From assembly GCA_965153285.1 (NCBI GenBank), contig OZ229116.1: a stretch of DNA of 64,000 bases; one strand, 5' to 3'. Source of the stretch: Podarcis tiliguerta. Its lineage: Eukaryota. Of this stretch, positions 24,941 to 35,795 are shown piece by piece (the stretch's first letter is position 1; every line of letters starts with the position of its first letter). The translations under genes were made by a program, and so were the position numbers. The notes under the pieces were generated by a model. That model ran no database searches and was not told where the DNA came from. It was given only the letters and a program-made list of their open reading frames with translations.

Positions 24941-27879
24941 TCATTTGAACTGCACACTCTGGGTTGCGTTTCTGTATGGAATAGTAGGGAGCTTCTGCTG
25001 TGCTAAACTTACACTTGAAGATATTCTTTGTAGTCTAGCATTCTGGATCCTGTGCCATCTACTTCATTTGAATTACTACCCTCATGTTCAGAAGTGGATT
25101 TCTTCAGTATTGAGAGCAGGGCTGTAGCCACTGGGTGGAGCTGCGGCTCCCTTAAAGATATTCCAGGTCACTTGCTGCATTTTCAGCTTTCCTTTAAAAG
25201 AAAAAGAAAAAGAGTAAGCAGAACAGACATCTTTTCCAGGTGAGGACCTGGCTAACCTGCCCAGAAGTTTTTAAAACTATTTAGGACTTCTAACCTTTTA
25301 TTAGTCTTTGCTCTATGGCTCTGCTACAGTTGCTTCCCTAAATACCAGGTGCATTCAGACACGGGGATTATTGTGTTAAGTTTTCTGTTTCTAATGCTAG
25401 AGCTTCTGTTACAGTTCCCTACATTCCTTTTACACTGCATTACCTGTTGAGTTATGGAATGGTGACATTTTGATTAATATACCACCATTCACACCAAAGG
25501 ATGTGGTACGACATGACAGCGGGTGTCATCAGACATGTAGCCTTTATGCACGTATGTACTTTGGTTCCCTGTGATTCACCCATGGGAATGGTGGGCGGGG
25601 AGAACTATATGTTGAGAGACCACCCCAAATTTCATCACATGGTATGATTCATGGAAATGGTGGGCAAATTACAGCAGAAAACTCCCCCGAGTTCCTGAGT
25701 TAACGGAGTTGCAAAAGACTTTTTTACTGGAAACAATTAATGCAGAAATGAGCACTAAACATCCAATAGATTTCCAGAAATGGCTTTTATGCCATATGAA
25801 AGCGTACATGAAGAAGAACATTAACAGGTAAGGAAACATCAGGAAACCAGAACGAAGCGCTGTTCGAATGCAGCCACAACTTCCAAGTAAAAGTTACTCA
25901 GGCACAGTTGGCTGCAATCCTAAACCCATTTACTTGGGAATAAGTCCCACTGAACTCAATTGAACTTACTTCTGAGTAGGTACTGGTGTTCTGAGCCAGC
26001 AACAGGCTCAGACTCACACCCCTGTGGGACATCATTGCCTGTTTTATGACAAAGATGGAATTTGGTTTCAGAGTGATGCTCTTCTTGAGGGATGCACTGC
26101 TTTTCTTCGGCTTGTTTTCTATGTGGCGATCCATCTTGTGTCATCTGGTTTGAAAGCATGTGTGTGTGTCTCCCAAATGTGTTTTCTGGGATTCCTGTAC
26201 AGCACAAAACTAGACTTGAGGGGAAGAAGGAAGGTACTTAGTGCTGGGAACCCAAAGCAGGATCTGGATTCTGTTGTGGGTACTGTTTACTCTGCCCAAC
26301 AGAGCTATTAGATGTTGTTTGAAGGACCTAAAAAGGATGCTACTTTACCACAGTGGTGCAAAACAGTTCAGCCATCATATAGGAAGAAGCTGCAAGCCTC
26401 TAGTGCAGGGTTCCCATACGTCTGGAATTTCCTGGACATATCTGGAAAACTGCAGTTGGAAGCAGTGTCTGGGTGGAAATCAGCAAAATGTCTGGGAAAA
26501 TCTGGATGTATGGCAACCGATGTTGGCAGCTCAAAAACGTTGTTTTTTTGTAATTTCCCCCCAAAAGCTCAAGCAACCCTACTCTAGTGGTTCAGTCATA
26601 ATACTGATTTTTTCAGCAAATGCATTCCTAGGATAAAGGCTCCTGATGGCTACACCAGCATGCAATAAAAAAAAGGATGTTTACACTTGCGTTGTAGACA
26701 GACAAGCTGATGCAAATGCTTAGGGTCAGAGTGCCAGATGGATGGAGGAAAAACATCACCCAGTCTCTTTCTGCTCAAAGGCTTTTTATGCTGGGAATAG
26801 GCTACAATGGGTTCTCAAAGGGAAGATGCAGAAATAATGTTTATACATGACGAATGCTTTACAGGGCTAGGAGGCAATATATTTTTTTCACTGCATAAAA
26901 CAGCTCCGGGCCTGTAATTTATTATAATGAAACTAAACGAGGCTGAATTTAGGAGGAGGAAGGCCAATTAATTTGGCACATCAATTTTTGTTTGCTGCTG
27001 TCAAATACTGTAACAGGAACTTGATAGATTGCAGACTTGGATTTTCTAATCAGGTGTTTCTGAAGCAAAAAGGAGGAGAGAGAACTTGACAGAGGAACAC
27101 ATCGTATCATGGATGTCAGGCAGTTTGTGGGTGTTTTCACGGATTGAAAGAATGCAATGTCTCTTGTTTCCTAGGGCCAAGTTCAGGTGTCCATACAGAG
27201 CCCCTTACACAGATGTTGCACACAGCTTTTATCATGATTGGCTGTTGCCTCAGACCTGCTCTTTCAAAGCCTGCCCCTCCTGCCCCTGAACTTTGGAATT
27301 CCAAAGCAGGAGAGATCAAAAGTATTATATTTGATAGATATTATTGCATAACTTATTTTGCATACAATGAGAAACTTACCTGTGGTATCTGCGCTGTGCA
27401 ATGTTGAGAACTGGTGTAGCCACTCATTTATCGTATGGAAAATGCCTTCAATATATGAAGGATATATTTTGTTACTAGATATTCCCGTATGCAACAAAAT
27501 GTGTGATGATGACAATCTTACTGCCAGCTACGGGATTCATCCTGGTGTCTGAGGAAAGGCAGGGGGAGCTGGTTGTGTCCTTTTTGTGTGCCCTCTGTTG
27601 CCTTTATTTCTCTCTCTCTCTCTCTAGCATACACTGTCTTAAGTGAGCTTATTTCTTACACCTGGAAACCTGTGACCCTCCAGACAGAGTTGGGACTTCA
27701 GTTCCCATCAGCCTCCACCAGTACAGCTGATGGTCAGGGATGATGGGACTTTTATTCAATTATTTTTTTTTTGGAGAAAGATTTGTAGACTGCTTAATCA
27801 CATAACTCTCAAATTGTAGAACACAGCTAAAATCCACAAAACTGTTAACAAAACTAATCTAAGTAAAGTGATCGTCAAT

Positions 27880-28800
27880 AAAGCACATATAAAACCAGTA
27901 AATCTTAATATATATATATAGAACCGGAATACCTGCCTAAGGTCAATGGGCAGGGAGTTTCAAAGTATAGGTGTTGCAGCTGCACAAAAATATCAACTCC
28001 TTGCAAACACAGAATGGAAATTATATGATACTTGTAAAAGTGGCAAGTTCTGCTGACTGAAGTGGTTGAAAAGGCAAACACAGGCCAAGGTGATCCCTTG
28101 TGTAAACTGGTTCCAAAATGTTGAGGACTTTAGATACCAATAATAAAATCTTGAACTTGGTCCAGTAACAAGTTGGTGGCCAGGGCAGATCTATGAGCAG
28201 AAGTGCAATAAATGATCTCGCTGCTGTCACAATCGTACCGCAGCATTTCATACTGCAGCTTCTGGAACGGGAAGCCCCTCAGTGAGTGTTGTTGTAAACC
28301 ATGTTGATGTATATTTTTTTAAAAAAATGATATAGTGGCACAGAAATATTTTAATAACTAAACAGAGTGTGTCACAATAGTCCAGTCTTGAAGTGGCCAA
28401 TGTCTGACCAACTGAGGCCAAGCTATTCCAGCCTACAAATGGATCCAGCAGCACCCCAGGCTGTGTGCCTGCTCCTTCATAGGAAGTGCAATCCCATGTA
28501 GGGTAGGCAATTAGCCAATTTCTTGGACATGAGAACCACTCAGCCCCAGAGCCTCTGTCTTGCCAGGCTTCAAGCTCAGTTTATTTTCCCACATTCAGGA
28601 GCCGGCATAGCCCCTTCTGATTCAGATATTACAGTGAAATAGAACTGAGTGTCATCAGAATAATGATGGCACCTTGCCCCAAATCACTCAAATGACTACT
28701 CTTAATGGCTTCATGTAGATGTTAAATAACTTTGGGGGATAAAATACAGTTGTGCCCTGTGCTACCCCATAGCATATTTGCCAGAGAACAGAGCAGCAGT
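27880..28800 (-). mobile_element. Degenerate L2 LINE RT fragment
   Basis: HYSDDTQ (YADDTQ), TSRLDYC and FKILLLVSKVLN motifs on - strand. Confidence 0.8.
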
Positions 28801-28969
28801 TTCCCAGAGCTATTCTCCTGACTCAGTGTGGGGAGTACAATGGCAGCTAAAGATGATGTTCCCATCTCCAACCACATTAAAGGATTTGCAGCAATCTTTC
28901 TCTTGCTCATTCATGGGTACCTGCCCTAATCTGCAGCATAGGAAGGTTCTTGACCTACTTGCCATTAGC

Positions 28970-31241
28970 ATCAACCCACCCTGAAATATTTTAATACATA
29001 ACAGCAAGATTACAAAATATTAGTCATATCCACCAATTGAGAAAGGATATAATCAAACTCACTCTGTATTTCTTGAACAATAACCCAATTACTCCGCATT
29101 CATGAAGACAGAGAAAACAGACGTTGAATGCTATAGCACTAGATGGAGTGGGTTACAGAAATCATATTTGTTGTAAATAAAGCAAACACAAATGAAGAGA
29201 GAAATGGATGAACATCACAAATAGGTTCTGAACAGTTCCGTGTTCCCTACTAAAAGAGCAGTGATTGGGCCCCTGGGAAAACATATAATTCTGCACCCCG
29301 TGAAGAACTGATTTTGTAGACAGCTGGCAAGAGTCCCCAGGAATATGCACCATGGGAAACGAGCTAAATACTTTCCTACAGTACACAGAAGAGAAACAGA
29401 GGCAAGTAACTAATTCAGATAGTGCCAAATATACAGACAAAAGAATCACTTGTGTGCGTCACTTTTTATACCATTGGAAACTAAATTAAAAAACCCAAAA
29501 TGCCACATTGATGCATATTCATATTCTAACGGTATTTACAGGTAACTTTACAAATTTTTATACATATTTTCATAATTAATGCCTTCTGGTCAGCTTTTAA
29601 GTTAAGGGCATCATGAACCCTCAAAGGATCATAAGGCTGTAGTTGGTGCAACCCCTTGGCTCTTTACCCCAGTGTAGTATAAATTCATATTTGGCTCCTT
29701 CTTAGGAGAAAAATGAAAAGACCATGTGTGCAAATTACAGTCATCTGCCCTGAATTTCTGGAGAATGAAACAGTGTTTCCATTCATTTCTCTACCGATCA
29801 TCAAGAACAACAGTTAATGCATGTATGGAAGGGGGCAACCTGGGCAAAGAAGCCATATGCAAATTAGGTTATAAATGCTTATGCATACTTACTTACTTGG
29901 GAGAAAGCACCATTGAACTCAGTGGGGCTTCCATCTGAGTAAGCACACACAGACCTGGGCTCTTACGATATTTAGATAACGATGGTGATCATTACAATCA
30001 ATGGTAAATAACTGCAGCATAGAATTCCTACATATACAGTAGGTTGATCATGGGATTTGAAGTGTCCTCATTGGCCTGTCATGGTAAGCTTATGGCTCAT
30101 GGCTTACCATGAACATGCAGATTGCCCCTTTGCAAGTGGGAGCAACAAACCACAATCCTTAACATACAAACATGGTTTCTTTCAAAGAAGCAAGCCACTA
30201 ACAGGAAGCCAAGAACAAACATTGGCTTCAGAACACTTTCTACTCAGAGAGAAACTGACCACCCCCCCCTGTTTTGGGCTTCCACATGGCCACTATTTTC
30301 AGATGGATTCAACCAGCAAATTCAGGTTGGGCAATTATAGCTTATCTGTACATCTTGTGTAACAAATTCACCCCCCCCATTGGACTTTTTGTGATAAGAA
30401 AAGTGGCAGAGAAACGCACTGGAAAGTGTGGGATAATACTTTGAGTCAATATCATCTAACCTCCCTGCAAGCAAATCAGAGAGAATGCTCATCAAACAGC
30501 GAATGTTGTCAGCACTCCCTGCAAAGAAGTCAGGATGAATGGTCAATAAACAGGTGGTCTGGAAGTGCCTAAGTATAGGGTTGTGGTTTGTTGCTTTTGC
30601 TTGTGCTGGGGGTGGAGCAAAGCAGGAGTGATCTCCTTGTTCATGGCAAACTATTAACCGTGGCTTCCCATGGCAAACTGTCCCACTGTAAGTGCAGAGC
30701 GCAATGTTGTGTCCCAGTTGTAGCTCCCCACCGCTACTGCTCCACAACCTGGTGCTTTTTGAGGAAAGTGTGTGTGTGTGTCTGTCTGTCTGTCTGACTG
30801 ACTGTCTCTGTGTGTGAAATAACGACTAGCACATGCAGGTACAGTATGGTCGCATTAGTCCAAAAATACTGGCTGAATTCGGGGGGGGGACTCCCCCCAC
30901 CTCACACACATTCAATTATTTCATGCCTTAAACATTAGATATCTGTTTTTAAAAAATTATTTAAAAAGAAAAAAGTTACAATTTACAAGTGTCCATAAAA
31001 GTGAATAATTAAAAGAAAATTCAAGATAATCTAACAGGAATCCACCTAACAACAATGATAAGAAAAATGAGTCTGTGGCTGATCTATTCAGTCCCACGTT
31101 GGCAGAGGAATCCACAGTCCAGGTTAAATGCATGTTGCGTCCCTTCTGTAAGACGGTCTTGCAAGGCTGGTGCTCCCTTTGAACAGGTTGATTCCTCAGC
31201 AAAATGTTGCTAAAAGTAATGGACAGCTCCATCAGTGCTCA
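28970..31241 (-). other. NKAIN3: Putative NKAIN3 3' UTR (3' boundary uncertain)
   Basis: Follows the terminal-exon stop; AU-rich; candidate ATTAAA on - strand at 28989-28994. Confidence 0.35.
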
Positions 31242-31255
31242 TTACTTATTTCGAC
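31242..31255 (-). CDS. NKAIN3: NKAIN3 terminal exon, coding start (GTCGAAATAAGTAA): CRNK* if joined to the 44358 donor, SK* in phase 2
   Basis: Strong acceptor tattctcatttcag; endings resemble NKAIN-family C-termini (recalled: ...MSK in NKAIN2, ...CRNK in mouse Nkain3); followed by AU-rich UTR-like sequence. Confidence 0.7.
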
Positions 31256-32191
31256 CTGAAATGAGAATATACAAGTTACTGAGGGGAGGAGAGAAAGGAG
31301 GCTGTTTTCTATATTCCATGAGCTCTGTGATGTTGTCAGTGTGTCAACAAACAATGGCAAACATTTTATTCCGGCTAATCTCCGCAGGATCGTTTTACCA
31401 CTTACGCTTTTCAAATTCAGATTGTGTTTACATTTCAAGTGTTAAGACTAGGTTATGTTGATGTTAACCATGCTGTTATTGTATTTGAGTACTGTTCTGT
31501 GTTTTAATCAATTTCTGAAAGCAGGACAGGGTTTTTTACAATTAAGGGAGCAATTCTATACCCATTTGCCTCGGGAAAAGACCCACTGAACTCAACAGGA
31601 CTTATTTCTGAGAAGACACATAGCAGTTTCCACTGTTAAGTGAGAGACAAATGTAATAAATGAAATAACAACGTTGAGAGTGCTTTTCTGTTAATATGGG
31701 GTATAAATAACCAACCATAGTGTTTGTTTCACCCAAATTAAATGGGTGTATTAAAATGTTCAAGAAAAAGAGGATTTATTAGAACTTCAAATTGCTGCTT
31801 TGGGTGCCCTTTCAGATGTAAAACTTTAGTTCTTTTGTTTTGTAAACTTTTAGTTCTTTGGTTAAAATTTTTATTTTGAGTCATTAAAAGTAAAGCTGTT
31901 GCTCAGTCAAAGAAGATTTGTTAATTGTATGGGTTGGTTTGATCAATTAGTTGACTGACCACTTAATTAGTTAACACTGAAGAAATGTGCACATAGGTGG
32001 CTAAGAGTCTGAGTTATGAATCAGAAAGCCCCAATCTGAATGTCATCACTAAGCAGGCTTCGGCACAGTCATTCGCCCCCAGCCCTCCACCCCCATCTTT
32101 AAAATACAAGATACCAATATTAGCTTTCCCTACAGCTGTAAGTATTACAGGTAGATAAGGCATGTGAAATGTTTTGATCACTTGTAAACAC

Positions 32192-32325
32192 CAGTGCTTT
32201 TTTCAGGGGGTATTCAAGGGTACACAGTACTGGCACCTCTTTTTGTTGTTGTTAAAAAGTTTGGCCCTTAATGTAACAGTTTCAGGGTGAGTACTGGCAC
32301 CTATTTTTCCAGAAAAAAATCACTG
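32192..32325. mobile_element. Short TIR element (CAGTGCTTTTTT...AAAAAAATCACTG)
   Basis: Terminal inverted repeats; no clear TSD. Confidence 0.55.
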
Positions 32326-33398
32326 GGCATTACTATACTGGAAAAGCAGGAGATTTTTAGCTGATATTTTTGAACAGGGGTGGGGAACATTCAGCCCACC
32401 AGGTCTCCCCATTTGGCCTTCCAGCCTATATTGGCCAAGCCATAGAAATGATGCAAAAATAGGGCAAACCAAACTTCTGGTTGGCAAAAATGAGAAACTG
32501 AGAGAAACCAACAGCGACAGCCCCATTGATCCCTACTGGAGGTACACAGTGGGTAACTCTTGCAGAGAATGCAGAGTTAGATGGTGCATGGCAGTTTTAA
32601 CACAGCATTCAGCAACAGTCAATGTGATTCAGAAAAAGCTGTGCTTTGGCATGCCAATTGCCTAAGGGACATAAATAATACATAATATTCTGTGGGAGGG
32701 TGCAGGAATGGATTCACCTTTTAACATCATGTTTCAGCCTGTCTGTTGCATAACCTTTATTCATTTTTAACTGAATAGTTTATTTGTTCTTAATGGATTG
32801 TTATCTGCTCTGAGGCTTTGGGATAGGATGCAGCAGAAACCTAAATGAATAACTCAGCAGCAAGAATGCCGAGAAATAAAATAAAATCTAAAGGCGCACA
32901 AGTGCTTTCAGGTTTGAATGAAAGTTAGAAAATGCCGTTCTTTTCCTCCAGCTCTGAGCATGAAAGAGAGTGGAGTTTTTCACAATTTGGATAGTGAAAG
33001 GCCCATTAGCTCTGAACGCAGCAGCTTTCCTGGCCCATTTGCAACAGATACTGATACCAATTATCTTATTGTGAATCCAAGTGGGCAGCCTGCCACACCG
33101 CCGACAGATCAGAATCGAGAAACTAGGGGATGGCACAGTTCACTGCCTACCCAAATTGTTTTCTGCAGCTTGGCTTTTAATGGAAATTCACCTTGGTCAT
33201 TGAAATTCTTCACTCTTTAGAGCCTATTTGCAGTCTGTGACTGCATAGGCACACAAGGTCCCTAGGAAAATTTGTTTTCGTATTCTCTCCCCCCAGAGAA
33301 AACCAGCAGTGATGAGAACCAGGTCAAGCTATTTGTCCATCAAGCCCCAGTACTACTCCATACCCTCCAACATTTCTCCAATGAAAATAAGGATGTCC

Positions 33399-33402
<4 letters not shown>

Positions 33403-33441
<39 letters not shown>
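33403..33441. repeat. (AAT)n microsatellite
   Basis: Read directly from the sequence. Confidence 0.95.
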
Positions 33442-33442
<1 letters not shown>

Positions 33443-33807
33443 TCCCCACCTATTTGAAAAGATAGCTTCCAACATATATTAAAACATAATAAAACTTTAA
33501 ATGTTAAAAAACTTCCCTATACACGGCTGCCTTCAGATGTCTTCTCAAGGTTGTGGAGTTACTTATCTCCTTGGCTCAGGGGTTGCATAACTCCATACCC
33601 GCCAACATTTTTCTGATGAAAATAGGGACACGTTAAGAAAAAGTGGGAAATTCTGGAATCAAATCAGAAAGCAGGATGGCTTCTGCAAATCTAGGACTGT
33701 CCTTGGAAAATAGGGACACTTGGAGGGTCTTCTATTGTACCCAGCCTGGCACTGGGGTCTCAGGTCGAGATTCAGATAATTTTTAAACATGTTTTAAACT
33801 GGATATA

Positions 33808-34264
33808 AAAAGGTAAAGGGACCCCTGACCATTAGGTCCAGTTGTGGCCAACTCTGGGGTTGCGATGTTCATCTCGCTTTATTGGCCGAGGGGGCCAGCG
33901 TACAGCTTCCAGGTCATGTGGCCAGCATGACTAAGCCGCTTCTGGCGAACCAGAGCAGCGCACGGAAACGCTGTTTACCTTCCTGCCAGAGCGGTACCTA
34001 TTTATCTACTTGCACTGTGTGCTTTCGAACTGCTAGGTTGGCAGGAGCAGGGACTGAGCAATGGGAGCTCACCCCACCGTGGGGATTCATAGAATCATAG
34101 AGTTGGAAGAGACCACAAGGGTCATCGAGTCCAACCCCCTGCCAAGCAGGAAACACCATCAGAGCACTCCTGACATATGGTTGTCAAGCCAGATTCGAAC
34201 CGCAGACCTTCTGATCGGCAAGTCCTAGGCTCTGTGGTTTAACCCACAGCGCCACCTGTGTCCC
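33808..34264 (-). mobile_element. Sauria SINE with nested CR1 3' fragment
   Basis: 15-bp TSD tttaaactggatata at 33793-33807 and 34265-34279. Confidence 0.92.
34089..34191 (-). mobile_element. CR1 LINE 3' end (103 bp) nested in the SINE B box
   Basis: CR1-type tail (ATTCTATG)n; gattc duplicated at 34084-34088 and 34192-34196. Confidence 0.8.
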
Positions 34265-34905
34265 TTTAAACTGGATATACTAAAGAATAAATGTTGAAGC
34301 TACTGTCATTCATTCTTTTAACATCTTTTAACCTGCTCATTATTGCTGAATCAGAGCAAACAACTCTAGATGAGCCCTTACAGATAGAGGGAGATCTTGC
34401 TTCTGTCGCTATTGGGAATAACCAGGAGTAAGAAACTCTTGTCAATCTACAGCAAAGCCCCTGAAAATCACCCAAAGATCTTGATCTACCTTCTGCCCAG
34501 CCCATGAGACTCATGCCTTCCCTCATACCCACAGAAGGATGCTGCTTTTCGGCCAATGGAAGCTACCAATGTGGACTGCACAGCCTCTTGCATCTGAACC
34601 AAGCCAACGAGGATTGATCACTGAAATGGCTGATGCCTGGGGCCAGTGTGTCTTGGGAAGTTCTTACACAAAGCAGGGGGAAAAAACCACTGCTACATAA
34701 AACCTATGGAGCATTCATTGGTAGATCGGATAGCAGTCACATAATGTAAAGTGACTCTGCCGGCACATTTTAAATAGTTATTGCACCTTGAGGGAGTTGG
34801 AGATAATGTTGGTAATCTCATGCCAAACCTATCTGAGCAGCAGATTAAAATTTCAGTGTAGTTAGGAGGATTAATGTGGTTCTTTTGGCCAATCTCTTAA
34901 CTTAC

Positions 34906-34990
34906 AAACTTTGCAGGCTTTAACTCAAAATGTTCCAGGGGGTGGGGTTGTTGGTAGAATAAGTGTCAACAGGTTCACCTAGGAAATCAA
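34906..34990 (-). CDS. NKAIN3: NKAIN3 penultimate exon (FDFLGEPVDTYSTNNPTPWNILS*; stop at 34922-34920), probably alternatively spliced
   Basis: tattttcag acceptor, gtaagt donor; continues EEEDS with the NKAIN-typical FDFxG; 85 nt. Confidence 0.75.
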
Positions 34991-35006
34991 CTGAAAATAC
35001 AGTGTA

Positions 35007-35795
35007 CCGTATTTTTCGCCCTATAGGACGCACTTTTTCCCCTCCAAAAATGAAGGGGAAATGTGTGTGCGTCCTATGGGGCGAATGCAGGCTTCGCGGA
35101 CCTCTCCGCAAGCAGCGGGAGCACTCCGGCTGCTTGCGGAGAGCTGCCTGCATGCTGAAGCCTGTGCGCGCTGAGCTCAGCGCGTCCAGGCTTCACGGAC
35201 CTCTCCGCAAGCAGCGGGAGCGCTCCCGCTGCTTGCGGAGAGCTGCCTGCATGCTGAAGCCTGCGCGCGCTGAGCTCTGCGCGTCCAGGCTTCGCGGACC
35301 TCTCCGCAAGCAGCGGGAGCGCTCCTGCTGCTTGCGGAGAGATGCCTGCATGCTGAAGCCTGCGCGCACTGAGCTCTGCGCGTCCAGGCTTCGCGGACCT
35401 CTCCGCAAGCAGCGGGAGCGCTCCGGCTGCTTGCGGAGAGCTGCCTGCATGCTGAAGCCTGCGCGCGCTGAGCTCTGCGCGTCCAGGCTTCGCGGACCTC
35501 TCCGCAAGCAGCGGGAGCGCTCCTGCTGCTTGCGGAGAGCTGCCTGCATGCTGAAGCCTGCGCGCGCTGAGCTCTGCGCGTCCAGGCTTCGCGGACCTCT
35601 CCGCAAGCAGCGGGAGCCAGCGCTGGGCTCCCACGGCTTGCAGAGAGCTGCCTGTTTGGGGGCTGGGGTCGAGGGAAGCTCGAGCTTCCCCAACCCCACG
35701 CCTGGGGGGGGGAAATAATTTTTTCCCTTTATTTCCCCCCCAAAAAACTAGGTGCGCCTTATGGGACGGTGCGTCCTATAGGGTGAAAAATACGG
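35007..35795. mobile_element. Tc1/mariner-superfamily (Tc2-like) non-autonomous element with internal tandem array
   Basis: 27-bp TIRs CCGTATTTTTCGCCCTATAGGACGCAC (26/27 match); TA target duplication at 35005-35006 and 35796-35797. Confidence 0.9.
35088..35616. repeat. GC-rich minisatellite, 99-bp unit, ~5.3 copies, each with a 42-bp (near-)palindrome
   Basis: Units start at 35088, 35187, 35286, 35385, 35484 and 35583. Confidence 0.95.

Noticed and set aside
35088-35616. CRISPR-like array of palindromic repeats
   Set aside because: No unique spacers; whole 99-bp units repeat head to tail inside a eukaryotic MITE; no cas genes.
34963-35718. 251/186/168-aa repetitive ORFs
   Set aside because: By-products of a stop-free GC-rich 99-bp repeat within a non-autonomous transposon.
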